From the NCBI GenBank assembly GCA_965153285.1, contig OZ229111.1: DNA of 64,000 bases; one strand, written 5' to 3'. Every line of letters starts with the position of its first letter. Position 1 is the stretch's first letter. Of the stretch, positions 12,087 through 24,668 are shown in pieces. Source of the DNA: Podarcis tiliguerta (Eukaryota). Both the position numbers and the translations under genes were made by a program. A model generated the notes under the pieces. The model was not told the DNA's origin and did no database searches. It saw only the letters and a list, made by a program, of their open reading frames with translations.

Positions 12087-14499
12087 AAGAGTTCAGCGTC
12101 CCAAACGTGGGAAAGCATGGCCACATTAAAAAATAATCCAAAATTAACCGAAATAAATGAGAAGAAAAATGTGCTGAGTTATGAAAGAGAAGAAAGCCAG
12201 TGTTTTGTGCAGTGTGCACATGCCACCTCACATGCAGGCTCAACAATGGACTGTGCTGAACAAGAGAACAGGAATGGGTACCTCAACAATGGAATCTGAG
12301 TACTCCCTCCTGAAATGATGCGGGATAGCTACAACTATCTCCCACTTCTTGCCAGCCAAGCTAGTGATCTGCACTTCCCATAGATTTTGGTAACGCTTGC
12401 ATATTGTTACTGTGCAAAACCAAGTTTCTTAGAATAAAACACGAACTGAATTGCATTCTGAACCGTCACTGCTTTCCTGCCGCAGTTTCTAGCCTGTGCT
12501 CTTCAGCAGATGCCTGTGTTCATGAGGTGCTTCCTCTCGCCACTCCACAGAAAAAAGTGCTTCTGCCATATGAACTGATAAAGGGGCTATCAGATCAACT
12601 TTTAATATAAATATCACACACACACAAGCCCTGCTGAGCACTATAATGTACTGAAATTAGCATAGACAGTACAGTCTGCAGTGTGGTGATAGCCTGGAAT
12701 TAGAAGCAATTGTGTAAAACAGGAGATGTCTCTTAAAATAATAGACACCTGACAATCATAATCAATGGCTTCTGCTGAGACATTCACTTTTTCAATGCTG
12801 CGTCACCAAGAGAAGGGCTCGTTTTGCCCCAGTTACAAGCCGAGGTTCCCAGATAGTAAGGATGGGGTGGGGAGGAGAAATTCCAGCAGGAATGGAGAAA
12901 CCAGGGCAGCATCTACCCCACTGTGTGCACTTCTCTGCCTCTCACTGTACCCACCCGCACCACATCTTCCAGCAATGGCTTGCCATTGCCAGTCTACCTG
13001 TGGAGTGTGTGGGAGTCTTTCTAGATGTAAAGCAGATGGGGCAGCAGGGGGTGGGAGAGCGGATGGTTGGTGGGAGGGATGCCAGAGGGGACAGGGAAAT
13101 GTACAGAGAATACAAAACAAGTGCCACACTTGCCGTCTCCTGATGTTGCAGATTCTAATCTCTCTTCCCTGCAACATCCCTGATAATCTCCATTATTAAT
13201 TTGACCTGTCTCAGCACTCATCATCTTGAAGATGATTTCTTTCAGGGCCCATTAGGTTCACCTGATCTCCAGAGTGTCTCTCTGTGACACATCTGCCCAG
13301 ATCTATAGCTCCAAGTGACAAATCTCTTGGTGGTAGAGACATAAGGACATTATCATGATGCGTGTGCGCGTGTATGTGCTGGTGCATCTGCGAGAGAGAA
13401 TGTGCAGGGTGCCAGGAATGAGTTAAACAACCCCCTAAAGAATTTTCTTGCTTTGTTCCTCATTTCCTCCCTCACACACACTCCAATTAGGGATGAGAGC
13501 CTGCTGGGATCCGCTCAAGTAGGAAATCCTTTTCACATATCGGATCCCATCCCATCACCCTCCCAGGATGCACACGATGCTTCCCATCCTCTGCTTTGCA
13601 CAAACTATTGCTTCAGCCAACAGTTTCAGCCCACCCATTCTCCTTTGAACCTATTTCCTCCCACTGCTCTCCCATGTTTAACCGGCCCACAAGCCACCCC
13701 CGAACCGAGCCACTGGCTCAGAGAGTCCCCATGCACTGTGCTAAACCAGCGCAGCATGGTGCGGGAACTCGCTTCTGCGGTGCAGACGCCGGAAACTGTG
13801 TCTGTGCAGACGCCGGAAATCCAGCCCATGGAGGGATCTCCACTGCAGTGAACTGGCCCAGGCGAGGTAAACCTTGCCGACTCCTGGTTTATGCTGTAAT
13901 GAAAATGGGTGTGCTGGGGGCAGGAGGCGGGGAGTAGAAGGGCACAGTAACTTTCACAACACGGTGGTTCAGTATACGGCCGGTGTGATAAAAGACAGGA
14001 ATGCTTCTCAGACAGTGTCAAGTCTTACTCACTGAATCTTAAGAGGAAAATATTTATTAGGGGCAGCTTAGATCAGTGGTGGGACCTTCAACTACACCAT
14101 GCTTCCAGTCTCCAGAGCAAGGTCCATAGATAGGCAGAAACTTATTTATGTATACATACATTTCTGAGCCACTAAATCAAAAGTAGGGGGAAGAGAGAAA
14201 AATAATCTCAAAGCGGTGGGTTGCCTCTAATAAAGTTGTCCAGTTAGTTCAAGGGCTTCTGCCTGCCCAGTGGGGCTTCCTCTTTCCACACACTCCCTTG
14301 CCCTCCACCCCCAAATCGGCTCTGGAGAGGTGGAACTCTTTCCCTAACAGATCTGAGGTCTGTGTGTGCGCGCAGGTAGAGGAGAGGAAGAGGAAGTCCC
14401 ACTGTGCAGATAGAAGCCCTTGCACTAACAGGACAACTTGGTTGGGTACAATGCACTGTATGTAAAAGCAACATCAAATAAAAAGGAAAGACATAGAAA

Positions 14500-14795
14500 C
14501 ACAAAGATCAGAAGAACATAAAACTGGATCGTATGGTAGGGGAAGATGGCATAAATAAAAATGTTTCTGGCTGGTGTCTAATAGAGGATGCCTGCCTAAT
14601 ATACAAAGGCAACAAATTCCACAGTATTGATGTGACTAGGCTAAATGGCCCATTGCTTGTGGCTGCCAGGCAGACGCCATAAGGAACAGTTAACAACACT
14701 ATCAAAGAGCAGGCAGGAATCTATGGAGAAAGGCAGTTATTCACGTAGGCTGGTCCTAAGTTGTTTACGGCTTTATTCACTAAGACCTTAATTTT
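14500..14795 (-). mobile_element. Degenerate L2 LINE 3' fragment
   Basis: Minus-strand translation includes ...FSLVTSILWNLLPLYIRQASS, typical of the L2 ORF2 C-terminus. Confidence 0.6.
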
Positions 14796-15301
14796 TCCCT
14801 GCTTTCTCCAAGTTAGGAATTGATGCATTTTACCAGGTAGTGATGTGCTTTACAAGGTACAGCCAAAATTTTACCCCACCCCCACAACCTGCAGTGTGAA
14901 AGAGATACATTCAAGAATTCCACCACCTCATTCTGTGTATGGTCTACAAATGCAAGGATAATAAGGTGATGTTTTGGGTTCCTTCAGGAGACCATTAAAA
15001 AAACACCCACCCACAGGAGTTTCATACTTGAAGCTTGAATTAGCACAGGGCGTTCCACCACCTTAGGCTTTGACCGCCTCATTCTGCGGCACATGTTGGC
15101 CAGACCTTTTAGACGGGCTCTTTCAGTCTCCTGGACCTCATTTTTCATACATTGAATCTGGCCTAACCAAACCAAAAGCAGCAGCTGCTTTTGTGCCCCC
15201 AGATGCAGGACCTAGAAGCTCAACAGCAGGCTGGCATGAGAGCATGATAGGAGAGGAGCAAAGCAGCTGACAATATCAACACAAATATAACCAGGTGTTC
15301 G

Positions 15302-15506
15302 GGTCACAGCCACACATTTAAGACTACCTCACAGAGCTGCAATTCATAGAATCATAGTATCATAGAAATGTAGAGTTGGAAGGGACCTGGAGGGTCATCT
15401 AGCTCAACCCCTTGCAACACAATTCCCAGCACCTTTAGCAAACTACAGTTCCCAGGATTCTTTGTGGGAAAGCCACGTGCTTTACAGGTGTGGCATGGAT
15501 GTGACC
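15302..15506. mobile_element. MITE (TIR ggtcac...gtgacc) with a nested CR1-tail/SINE fragment at ~15346-15417
   Basis: ggtcacagccacac ... gtggcatggatgtgacc termini, interrupted by catagaatcatag...gagttggaagggacc...aacccc. Confidence 0.55.
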
Positions 15507-18500
15507 TAGGCTAGGAATTTAGGAGACCCAGCTCATGTGCTCCTCCTCCCAGCCCCTCCTTCATTTCTGCTTTCTCCAGCAAGACTTCTGCAGTGTACAA
15601 AATAAACATTCTTCTGCAGGTGAATCAGGTGCAAATGAGATGCGGAAAATATCCAGCACCATATGGAAGACATACAATTGCAAGCAGACACATACCACTT
15701 GCAGTGGCACATTTCACTTTCCATTTGGATGCCTGCCTTAAGAAACAAGGACGAGCCTCTGAGCTGAGAACGCCACTTGATCCTGCCCCTCGAGGGAATC
15801 TCCCTGAAGCCCAGCCTGCTGCTCGCTCCGACATCTGTCTGTTCTCTGGTTCCTGATGCACCTAGAGCTTGCCATTCTGCTCTGGATGCTTCTGCAGAGC
15901 CTGGCCCACGCTGCCTTGCCTGCCTCATTGGCAAGGCTCAGAGTTGGATCTAATCTTGCACTGATTAAATGTCCCTCATTAACGAGTTTCTTTAATTAAT
16001 GGAGTTTTTGGGCTTGCTTGGCTTGCTCTCTCCCTGCCGTTCTCTGCCGCCTCAGCACAAACATGGGGCCATTCCCTTTCGAGTCATTTAGTGAGTGGGG
16101 CCAGTTCCTGCCGACACCGCACTTTGCTGATGGCGCCTGTCGCCTCACGCCTGATGACTCCATTTTTAACATTTCTCCCCCTTTTATTTTTTATTTTTTG
16201 GGGAAAGCAATGACCTTAAATCTCAGTGAAGTCAAACCTTCACAGAACAGATACCGAGATAGTGTCCAGATCTACATGGGCAACTGTATCTTGCGAGTGC
16301 TGAGACTTGAGTCACCATCTTCCTAAACCCTAAGTCACTCTCTGTTGCAATATCAGAGGGCAAGGGGAATCTTCCGCTGTGCTGTCTCCTTCTCCACTTC
16401 CACAGGAAGAAAATGTGACATCATTTCCTGTTTGGGAGCCCTTACTTTGCTTTTTCTCAGCCTGTAAGGAATCTCTACGGTTGGCCCACAACACTTGTGG
16501 GCAAACCTTTTGACTTGGTAGTCACCCATGGTATGGAAACTGTATGGGGGGGTGAGACCAACTCTTGGTGCCACCTACCAGCTGACCCAGGGTGGCTTCC
16601 AACCTGGATGATTAGCCTTCAAATGGCCCAAGACACAAGTGACTAAATTTGCAGCAGTGGCAGCTACCACAATCTCCACCACTTACACTCCACTGTCAGG
16701 ACAACAAAGCAGAAGTTTATTCCCCAAGTGAGACCCAGCTGGTCTGATGCACACACCATGCCTTTGTGACTTGCCAGTCTAGGATTGTAAGACGATAGCA
16801 GGAAGGCTGATGAGGAGACAGTTCAACTTCTTCACCCACTAAAATGAGGGCCAGGAGAAAGTTGGGAGGAGGAGGAGGAAGACTGGGAGATGCTCAAATG
16901 CCAGAGGAGTCTGTGGGCTATAGCTCGCACAACTTTGGCTAGAGTAATCTCTTAGTCCAACCTTACCAGAGTTGTTATTGTTAGAATGAGGTTAAAAAAT
17001 CTGCAAAACATATTGTTAGCTAAAAGGTGACATAGAACTTACTCTACCTCTAAAACCCACTTGCTGTACCAATCTAATTCCCCGACCCAGGATTGAAATT
17101 TCCAGGCATCCTGCAACCTCACCCCCTACTGAAAATAGTCTAAGAATATGTAACTGAACGGGGTGCATTTCATTCCCCTAGCCTCCATCTTCTTTTCCTT
17201 CATTTGTGGCCTCCTTCTGTGCTGAATGTACGGTTGCAGTCTCCTTTCGGCTGCCCCTTTCTCACATTACTTTGTAAAGCTCTATGCATTGACACACTAT
17301 GACAACAACTACAATAACAGCAGCGATAAACTTTAAGATGTGTTACATCCACTCAGCTCAGCATACATGTACTGCCCAGAGATGGGCGCACAAGCCCCAG
17401 CCTGGAGAACAGAGAAGTCGCACGTGCCGAGTCAGTTTCAGGGGCCACTCAAGCATAACTGGAAAGTCATGCCTTCCTGATGCATGACTCAATGCAAAGC
17501 CAGGTCCCTAAATGCAAAGCCAGGTCCAAGTATAAAGGACTCCAAGCAGGCAAGAAGAACTTACCTGCGCAGTATCTCATATGGCTACTGTCTCATCTAA
17601 ACTAGTCGTCCCCCCCCCCCAGGTGCTAAGTGCTTAATGCTAGAACCACAGTCCAGCATCTGCCCAGGCTATGAATTCGTAGCATGCTAAGAGGCAACTC
17701 AGTATAAATAAGATGCTGGGTTCATGAAGAACTGCATGGGTTTGCTCACCTGAATTAAACCAGGCATACATTGAATCAAAGAAGTGGGGGCACCTCACAT
17801 TCTGCAAATCAGAAGAGCACTGCCTCAATCTTCTGTCCTGCTCTCCATGGATGTCACCACGACAAATTCAGCTAATTCTCCAGGAGCAACACAAGTGCCA
17901 ACACCACCAATTGCTTACTCAACAATAACATACTGCACAGATGCCAATATTTAATGTACTGGCACACACAAGCAAAGAGACAATAGCACACATATCTTGT
18001 AGTGATCTGGATGTCCGTAACAAGATGGTGAAGGGCAGGCACTGCAAAGGAAGCTGCCCTGTGCATTATAGGACTTTTTGCTAGCTTGGGGGGGGGGGGT
18101 GGAAGGAGGTGGGGGTGGTAGAGGTCCTGAAAGCCTGTGCCTGTCCATAATACCATGGTGGTATCAGGGGTTTCATGCATGCATTGTAAGTCTCTGTCTG
18201 TGTTTCCTGGGACTGTGCCAGAGAAAAGCTGGCTGCCAGATAAAACTATGCTCAGAGTGTTATGTTCCCAGCACAAAAGCTATTAAGCAGCAGAGCTTGG
18301 TCCAAGAGACCCATCCCCCTCCAAATCTCTCTCCCCCCCCCTCAGCTACTTCACTTGTGCTCATCTCAGCACATCATTCAGACAGTGGAAGGCCTATGAT
18401 AAAAGGCTACCCATTTCCCATGGACTTCTTCTGGGGAGCTCTAGGGGGTAAAAGTTCTAACTAGAAATGCCCCACATTTCAGGTATAAGAACCCTGGATG

Positions 18501-21500
18501 CTGCAATCATAAACAGGAACACATGGATACATTTAGGCAACTTATTATCGTGACCTATTTCTTAAAAATGCAACTTTATATAACGCGCCCCCCTGGGTTA
18601 CTACCTCTTCCAAGAGCACCCTTCCCTGCTGCTCATTTGCAAATTAATTCCTCCACCCGCTCGCTGCACCTGGCATTGGGGACCAGGCCATGATGCAAGT
18701 GGGACTCTGCTCTGGGTGTCTTGCATGCTGCCTTCTCCTCCAGTTTGGCCTCCTTTTCACACTAATGCCTGTCGCCAGGAAGCTGAGGTTGCGCCGGGGA
18801 AGCAACTGCCTCCCTGAGAAGGAACTGACGGCTCCTGCCATCATTCAGCAAAGCACTGACCTGTGAATATTTCATTACCCTAAACACTGCACCATCCATA
18901 CAAAGTAGGCAGCCTGGCCGGTGGGAACAAGCACTAGTCACATTGACAGGGGAAAGGGGAGGGGTGTCCAATGGGGTTGGGGCGGGGGAAGCTGGTTGCA
19001 AAAATGGGCTTCCCAGAAAGAGCCTATGGTGGATAGTTGCCATGTCCCCAGGGAGAATGATGAAAGCAACCCTGTTCCCTCTTATGCTGTTCAACTCATT
19101 CTTCTTTTGCAGGGCCACAGGTAAAAGGCAAGGTGTTGAAATACCACGGTGGGCTCATTGTCACTGTGAAATACGCACTGGCCGTGGGCAGCCACAGTAT
19201 CCCCACCCCCAGCTATTTGTTTCATGGGAGGATGTAGCCATCCCTGCTGCCACAAAGAGGCTGATCTCTCTGCCAGCATCTCTGCTTGAGCGCAGCATGA
19301 CTTCTCAATATGACCCCCTAGAGACAAGGCAGGCAGGGTCTAGGGACCTGTTATCTGTACCACTAGGGGATCAATTCATGACATACAGCATAAAATTTTC
19401 ATTTATTGGCCCGGGAAGATATACAAGTGTTGCCAATGCGTGCAGAGTCAGGTGCAAATAGCAGGGCAGGTACAGGTGACAGTGGCAAGTTAGACATGGT
19501 TGCCTTCATCCCGCAGTTTGCGCTTGATCTCCTGCGGTTCATGGCCACAGCCAGCAGCAAATTGCAACACAACCATGGCAGGACTGCACTGAGGAAATTC
19601 CATTCCTCCTTCACCCCCCCAGCCCCCAGTTCCTCTGGGAGAATTTGTAGACTGCCCTAGCATAGCAGGAGGGATGCAGTTGCAGGACAGGGGACAGATC
19701 CATAGACTGGCTCAGCAAGAGAGACATAGTGGCTGTGATTAAAACCCCTACCCTGGGCATGGATCCCAGAGTTGGCAGGGGTAGGGCAGGGGGAGGGATC
19801 TGAAATGAGAATAAAGCAAAACCCTACTATCCAAAATATCTCTATACAATCTCACAGTATTGTGCAGCACTTTGCCCTCCCCTACACAGACCCCACCATT
19901 CCCCTAGCACCCCACTACAGCCTCTCCCCATCCACATGTAATTTTACTCAACTTTTCGGACCTCACAAAGTCAACAGACTCCCTGTTTTGCCGCCTTCCC
20001 ATATGTTGAAAAGGAAACTTCTATTTCACTTTCTTCTTCACCTCCCCAGACCCGAGAATCTGGGAATCAGTGACTTCAACGGCACAAAGATGATGCCCTA
20101 AGCAGTGCCAGGAGCAAAAAGAGCAGCTTAAGCTGCAGCCCAGAGAACAAGGCCTAGGATACCTGGCCCCTTGGCTATGCCAGCTTGTGCCTCATAATAT
20201 CCAAAAACCATGATGGCAGAGAGGAATGAGGGCATGAAAGGATGCTTAATACTACAAGAAAGGGCTTTCCATCTTTGGTCATGCACGTATTCAACTTGGT
20301 TACTTTGCCTGGGCATGCACACATGCAGACATGAGTGCAGACACAATTACTATACCAAGTTGGCACTAGGGAACTAGCCACTGTGCGTGTGAGTGTTTGA
20401 GGGGTCTAGTGCTTGGCTTTCTTAGCCAGGAAGCAGGAGCTGAGATGGCATGAAATATTAATGCTGTAAATGGTGCAATTTCATCTGCATCCAGCCAACT
20501 TCATGTATATTTCACAGTGTGATGGGATGATAACGTTGTGTAACCAAGGCAAAATGGGGGGCAGAGTGCTGGCATGGGGGACACCGTTTGGGACTTGTGC
20601 ACTGGCACATTCATTAGCCCCACCAACTGCAGACCTTAAGGTTCAAACTGAAGTTATATGCCCCTTTTAGGATGCTCAGGATAGCAGAACGTGAACGCTG
20701 TTGTGTTCTAAACTGGCAAAAGGTCAGCTCCATTAGACATGGAAGATATCCTGGTCTCACTCAGCACAGCACAACACCCAGGACACAACAGTCATATATA
20801 ATTCCAGGCATGTATCTAATGCAAAAGGAAGGACTTACTTATTTCCCTAGCTAATCCCCAAATGCAGAATGTTCTTTGCCTTGCTGCTGTAATATTCTGC
20901 CCAAGAGACCACAGATGAGGACATTTTTTGATATGGAACATTTTCCTTCCCTGATAGATTTAGGAACACAATCAAATTATTCCCCCCCCCCCAATGGTAA
21001 ATTCATAATAATAATTCACAGCCTAAGTAATGGAGGAAGGATGAGTGTCAGTCTCGTGTACTTGGCCGAAACCTCTGAACTCTTGCAAAAGCAAACTAAG
21101 GCTTTAAAAAACCTGTTATGGCAAGAGAGCCTTTAAAACTACAGAAAGCAACATGGGCTGTAAAAGGCAAACTGTAGTCTCACAGACACTTCTGTGCCTT
21201 GGTATATTTCTCTCCCAGCTTATTAGAAGCATCACGTAACCCTTCAAAGAATCTGCGTAGCATTTTGTGTTACAAGAAATACAAGGCTGCTACCAAAACC
21301 AGCAGTCCCACATCAAATTCTCTCCCTCTGTATAGTATAACATATGTATCCTGACATCCTCACATAGTGCGTTTTCTTGCCCATATTTCCACATAAATGG
21401 CTGCTGGTGGAGGATGCGGAGGTGAGGTGGTGGCATCAGACGGACATAGGGGAAGTTGACTACATGTTACAGCAGGAGGGAACTTGACATGGGGCTGCTG

Positions 21501-22157
21501 CCATTTTGGTAGCAAGTAGTTCAGCCCTCACTCCAACAGAACTTAGAACTTTTTTATCACCTTAGCACAAAACAAGCCCAGAATTTAGGGAAGAATCCAA
21601 TGGTTGTCCCAGGGTTTCTGTCACAGAGTGGCTGCAAATCCAATCCTGAAATGACGACATCACTCTCTTGCATATGGGACTGATCAATGCGTCGTAGCTG
21701 CATCTGACAGCCTCTTCATTTTCCAGTGGGGAATTCCTGAGCAGATAAGCTCAGACCCATATTAATAAACACATAGAACCACAGCAGGACACTTACTTGC
21801 AAAAGAGACAGGCAAAATCTTGGTTATGTTTAGCATAAAAATAAAGATTCTAACAGCAACACACGCAAACCCAACAAGCAAATCGATGTTAAAAAGAGAG
21901 AATGCAGTTCACACAGGAGACTGTTCCTAGATTTGACCTAGTGACAGGTTACAATAAGCCCCCTCTTTATTTACTAATTGCTCTAAGGCTTCAATTACTA
22001 GAGTTGCTAACTTCTGGCAGTTATCCGGCGCCATTTAACTGCTGTGAGACAAGCAGAAATTCATCAAGTGAAACTTTCTCTGGCATGGAAATGGGGGAGT
22101 GATGGGAAAACCTTCCACTGCTCAGTATCTGTTTGTTGTGCAACTATTAATTTAATA

Positions 22158-22387
22158 CAGTAATACCTTGGGTTACAGACGCTTCAGGTTACAGACGCTT
22201 CAGGTTATAGACTCCACTAACCCAGAAATAGGACCGCGGGTTAAGAAATTGCTTCAGGATGAGAACAGAAATTGCATGGCGGCAGTGGGAGGCCCCATTA
22301 GCTAAAGTGATACCTCAGGTTAAGAACAGTTTCAGGTTAAGAACGGACCTCCAGAACGAATTAAATTCTTAACCTGAGGTACCACTG
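22158..22387 (+). mobile_element. Tc1/mariner(Tigger)-type MITE, family A copy 1
   Basis: TA-flanked, TIR CAGTGGTACCTCRGGTTA (left TIR mutated); near-identical to five other copies in the window. Confidence 0.92.
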
Positions 22388-24250
22388 TAAACTGCTTAAC
22401 AATTAAAAGCACAGGTGACCAAAACTTGACAAGCCTGCTAATCACATGTGCACTTAAAATATGTGCTAACCTGCTACTACATACACCAGATTGTGGGCAT
22501 TCATGCTGTTCGGACGGTGTTCCCTTTGCATGAGTCTCTCTTACTCTGGAGATTTGTTATTTGAAAGCTCAGTATTTTTTTCTTAAAAGTGTTAATAGAC
22601 CTACTTTGTTTGGGATGGATTTTAATGATTTAGATGTTAAGCCTGACCAATCCCAGGGGTTTTCTGGAAGGATTGTAATATGCGCACACACAATAAAAAC
22701 AGAAGTTAACATTTAGAACATTTATTTTAAAACTCCCACGCCATCCTTTCCCCCATTCTTTCTAATCTATTCCCACCCACTCCTACACTCATGCCTCTCC
22801 CCAACACAAATCTCTCTCCCTGCCCACAAAGGTGGGCGGAGGGCAGCAATTTGTCCATTCCAACATAAACAACTCCACTTTTCTTCCATCTTTGATTTCT
22901 CTCCCTTCCCCTCTGATACCCATTTCCCCTCTTGCGGCAGCCCCAACATATCCCTTCTGTTACCTAATGCTCCAGTTTAAGAGCTGGGTTTAGACAGCGT
23001 GGGATAAGGCAGTATGGGGTAATTTTTATTTCTCTAGACAATATTTTAATGGCCATTTTACCCTGTGTCTTATTGGATTGTTGTTGTTACCTGTCCTAAG
23101 CTCCTGGGGTGAAGCAAGTTTGGAGATCAAGATAAATCCAATACATTTATGTAAATGGTGGTATCTTCCTATCATACCCAGTGCTTTCCATGTAACAATT
23201 TGGCCTGGTTGAGGACAGATTTTGAAGAGAACAGAAAACCCGCAAGAGCCTGTTAGTGTTTCTAAACAAGTGGTCAATCACGCAAACAAGCAGGCTCCCT
23301 CCTTTCATGGCTCCATGGCCATTTCCATGGATTAGGGATGGGAAAAGAGCGATAGAGTGTCATGGGACTTTGCAGGAAAGAATTGATCAGAAAGGGGCCA
23401 TGCAGCAGAATCTAGCTGTACACCTGTACAAAATTACAGAATTGTGACTGTTTGGTATGTTGTGAAAAACTATGTTCTGATCTATCCAGATCAGGCAATG
23501 TAACAAGGAAAGCCTGTTTGATGTGGTTCGATCAATTCCTTTGTCCTCAGTGGCCCATCAGACTGAAATTCAGAGTCCAGTGTTGATTTTAACTGCTGTT
23601 AGCGGAACCACATTCCAAGGATGCCATCTACACCTTCCCTTTTGTTTCCTGTTTTATGTGTAACCCTATTACCTATTTGTAAGTTCCAGGAGAAAATTCG
23701 TTTAGGTCTTACGACTTTGATACATGAATATTTAAGCAGCACCAAACACCTGTTTGAAAATGGTGCCTTCTCAAATGGGAGTTTGTCCTTCTTAAAACAG
23801 ATGGTCTTGAACCCTCTGTGGCCTTGGTCAGGAACTCATTTAACGAGCAATCTGAAGAGATGGATGGTTTCAGAAGCCCAAGAGAGACGGCGGGTGGGGG
23901 AGATGAAAGCCCCTTAATCCAGATTAATTATTCCTTCAAGTAATGCTTTCCTGGCTTTGAAACTGAGGGCTCATGGCAGTGAAATACTCAGGAGTGGGGA
24001 CAGATTTAAACAGTTGACCTATTATTGCTCTTTATAAGTAACTCAGTATGTAGATGGGAGGCCTATTTTGTCATCTGAAAGTAATTGAAGATGCCAGAGT
24101 CTATGAAGGGTCAGCTATGGCCTCACCACAGATCCCATGAAACCACAGTTAAAAGATTAGGGCTCCAGATCCTTCACATCTGATTTCAGCAAAGCTCTAG
24201 TCCATTGATACTTGGATTCCAAAGACATCCTATGCCCTGGTCGTAGTTTG

Positions 24251-24412
24251 AGAAATAGTGTGGTGTAGTGGTTGGTGTGCTGAATCAGAACTGAGGAGCT
24301 CTAGCTACAAATCCTCTTTCACCCCCAACAGCCATAAACATCGCTGCATGGTTCTGGGACAATCACATTTGCTAAGTCCAGCCTATCTGGCAGGTCTGCT
24401 GCAAGGATAAAA
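24251..24412 (+). mobile_element. MIR-like SINE
   Basis: agtgtggtgtagtggtt tRNA-like head followed by a degenerate core ending ...gcaaggataaaa. Confidence 0.55.
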
Positions 24413-24497
24413 GAGGTGGTGAAGACACTCCAAAGAACTCTGGGTGGGATAAAAACAGAGAAGGTAAAATAAACCTAGCTAGGAACAAATATTTTGG

Positions 24498-24668
24498 TGG
24501 CTATTCCATAGTTCAGTGGTAGAACACTTGCTGTGCACAAAGATCTCTGGTTCAATCCTAGGCCTTTAACGTTTTTGGAAAAACAACAACACAAAATAGC
24601 AGGTGTTATGAAAGATTTCTGCCAGAAGTCCTGCAGAGCTGTTGCCAGTCAGAGTAGACAACACTGGG
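24498..24668 (+). mobile_element. Older tRNA-derived squamate SINE
   Basis: A-box/B-box-like head (tagttcagtggtagaacac...ggttcaatcc) and body gagctgttgccagtcagagtagacaacactggg. Related copies at 27095-27280 and 57960-58127. Confidence 0.65.

Noticed and set aside
17491-17528. 20-bp tandem duplication aatgcaaagccaggtcc
   Set aside because: A simple two-copy slippage duplication with no sign of function.
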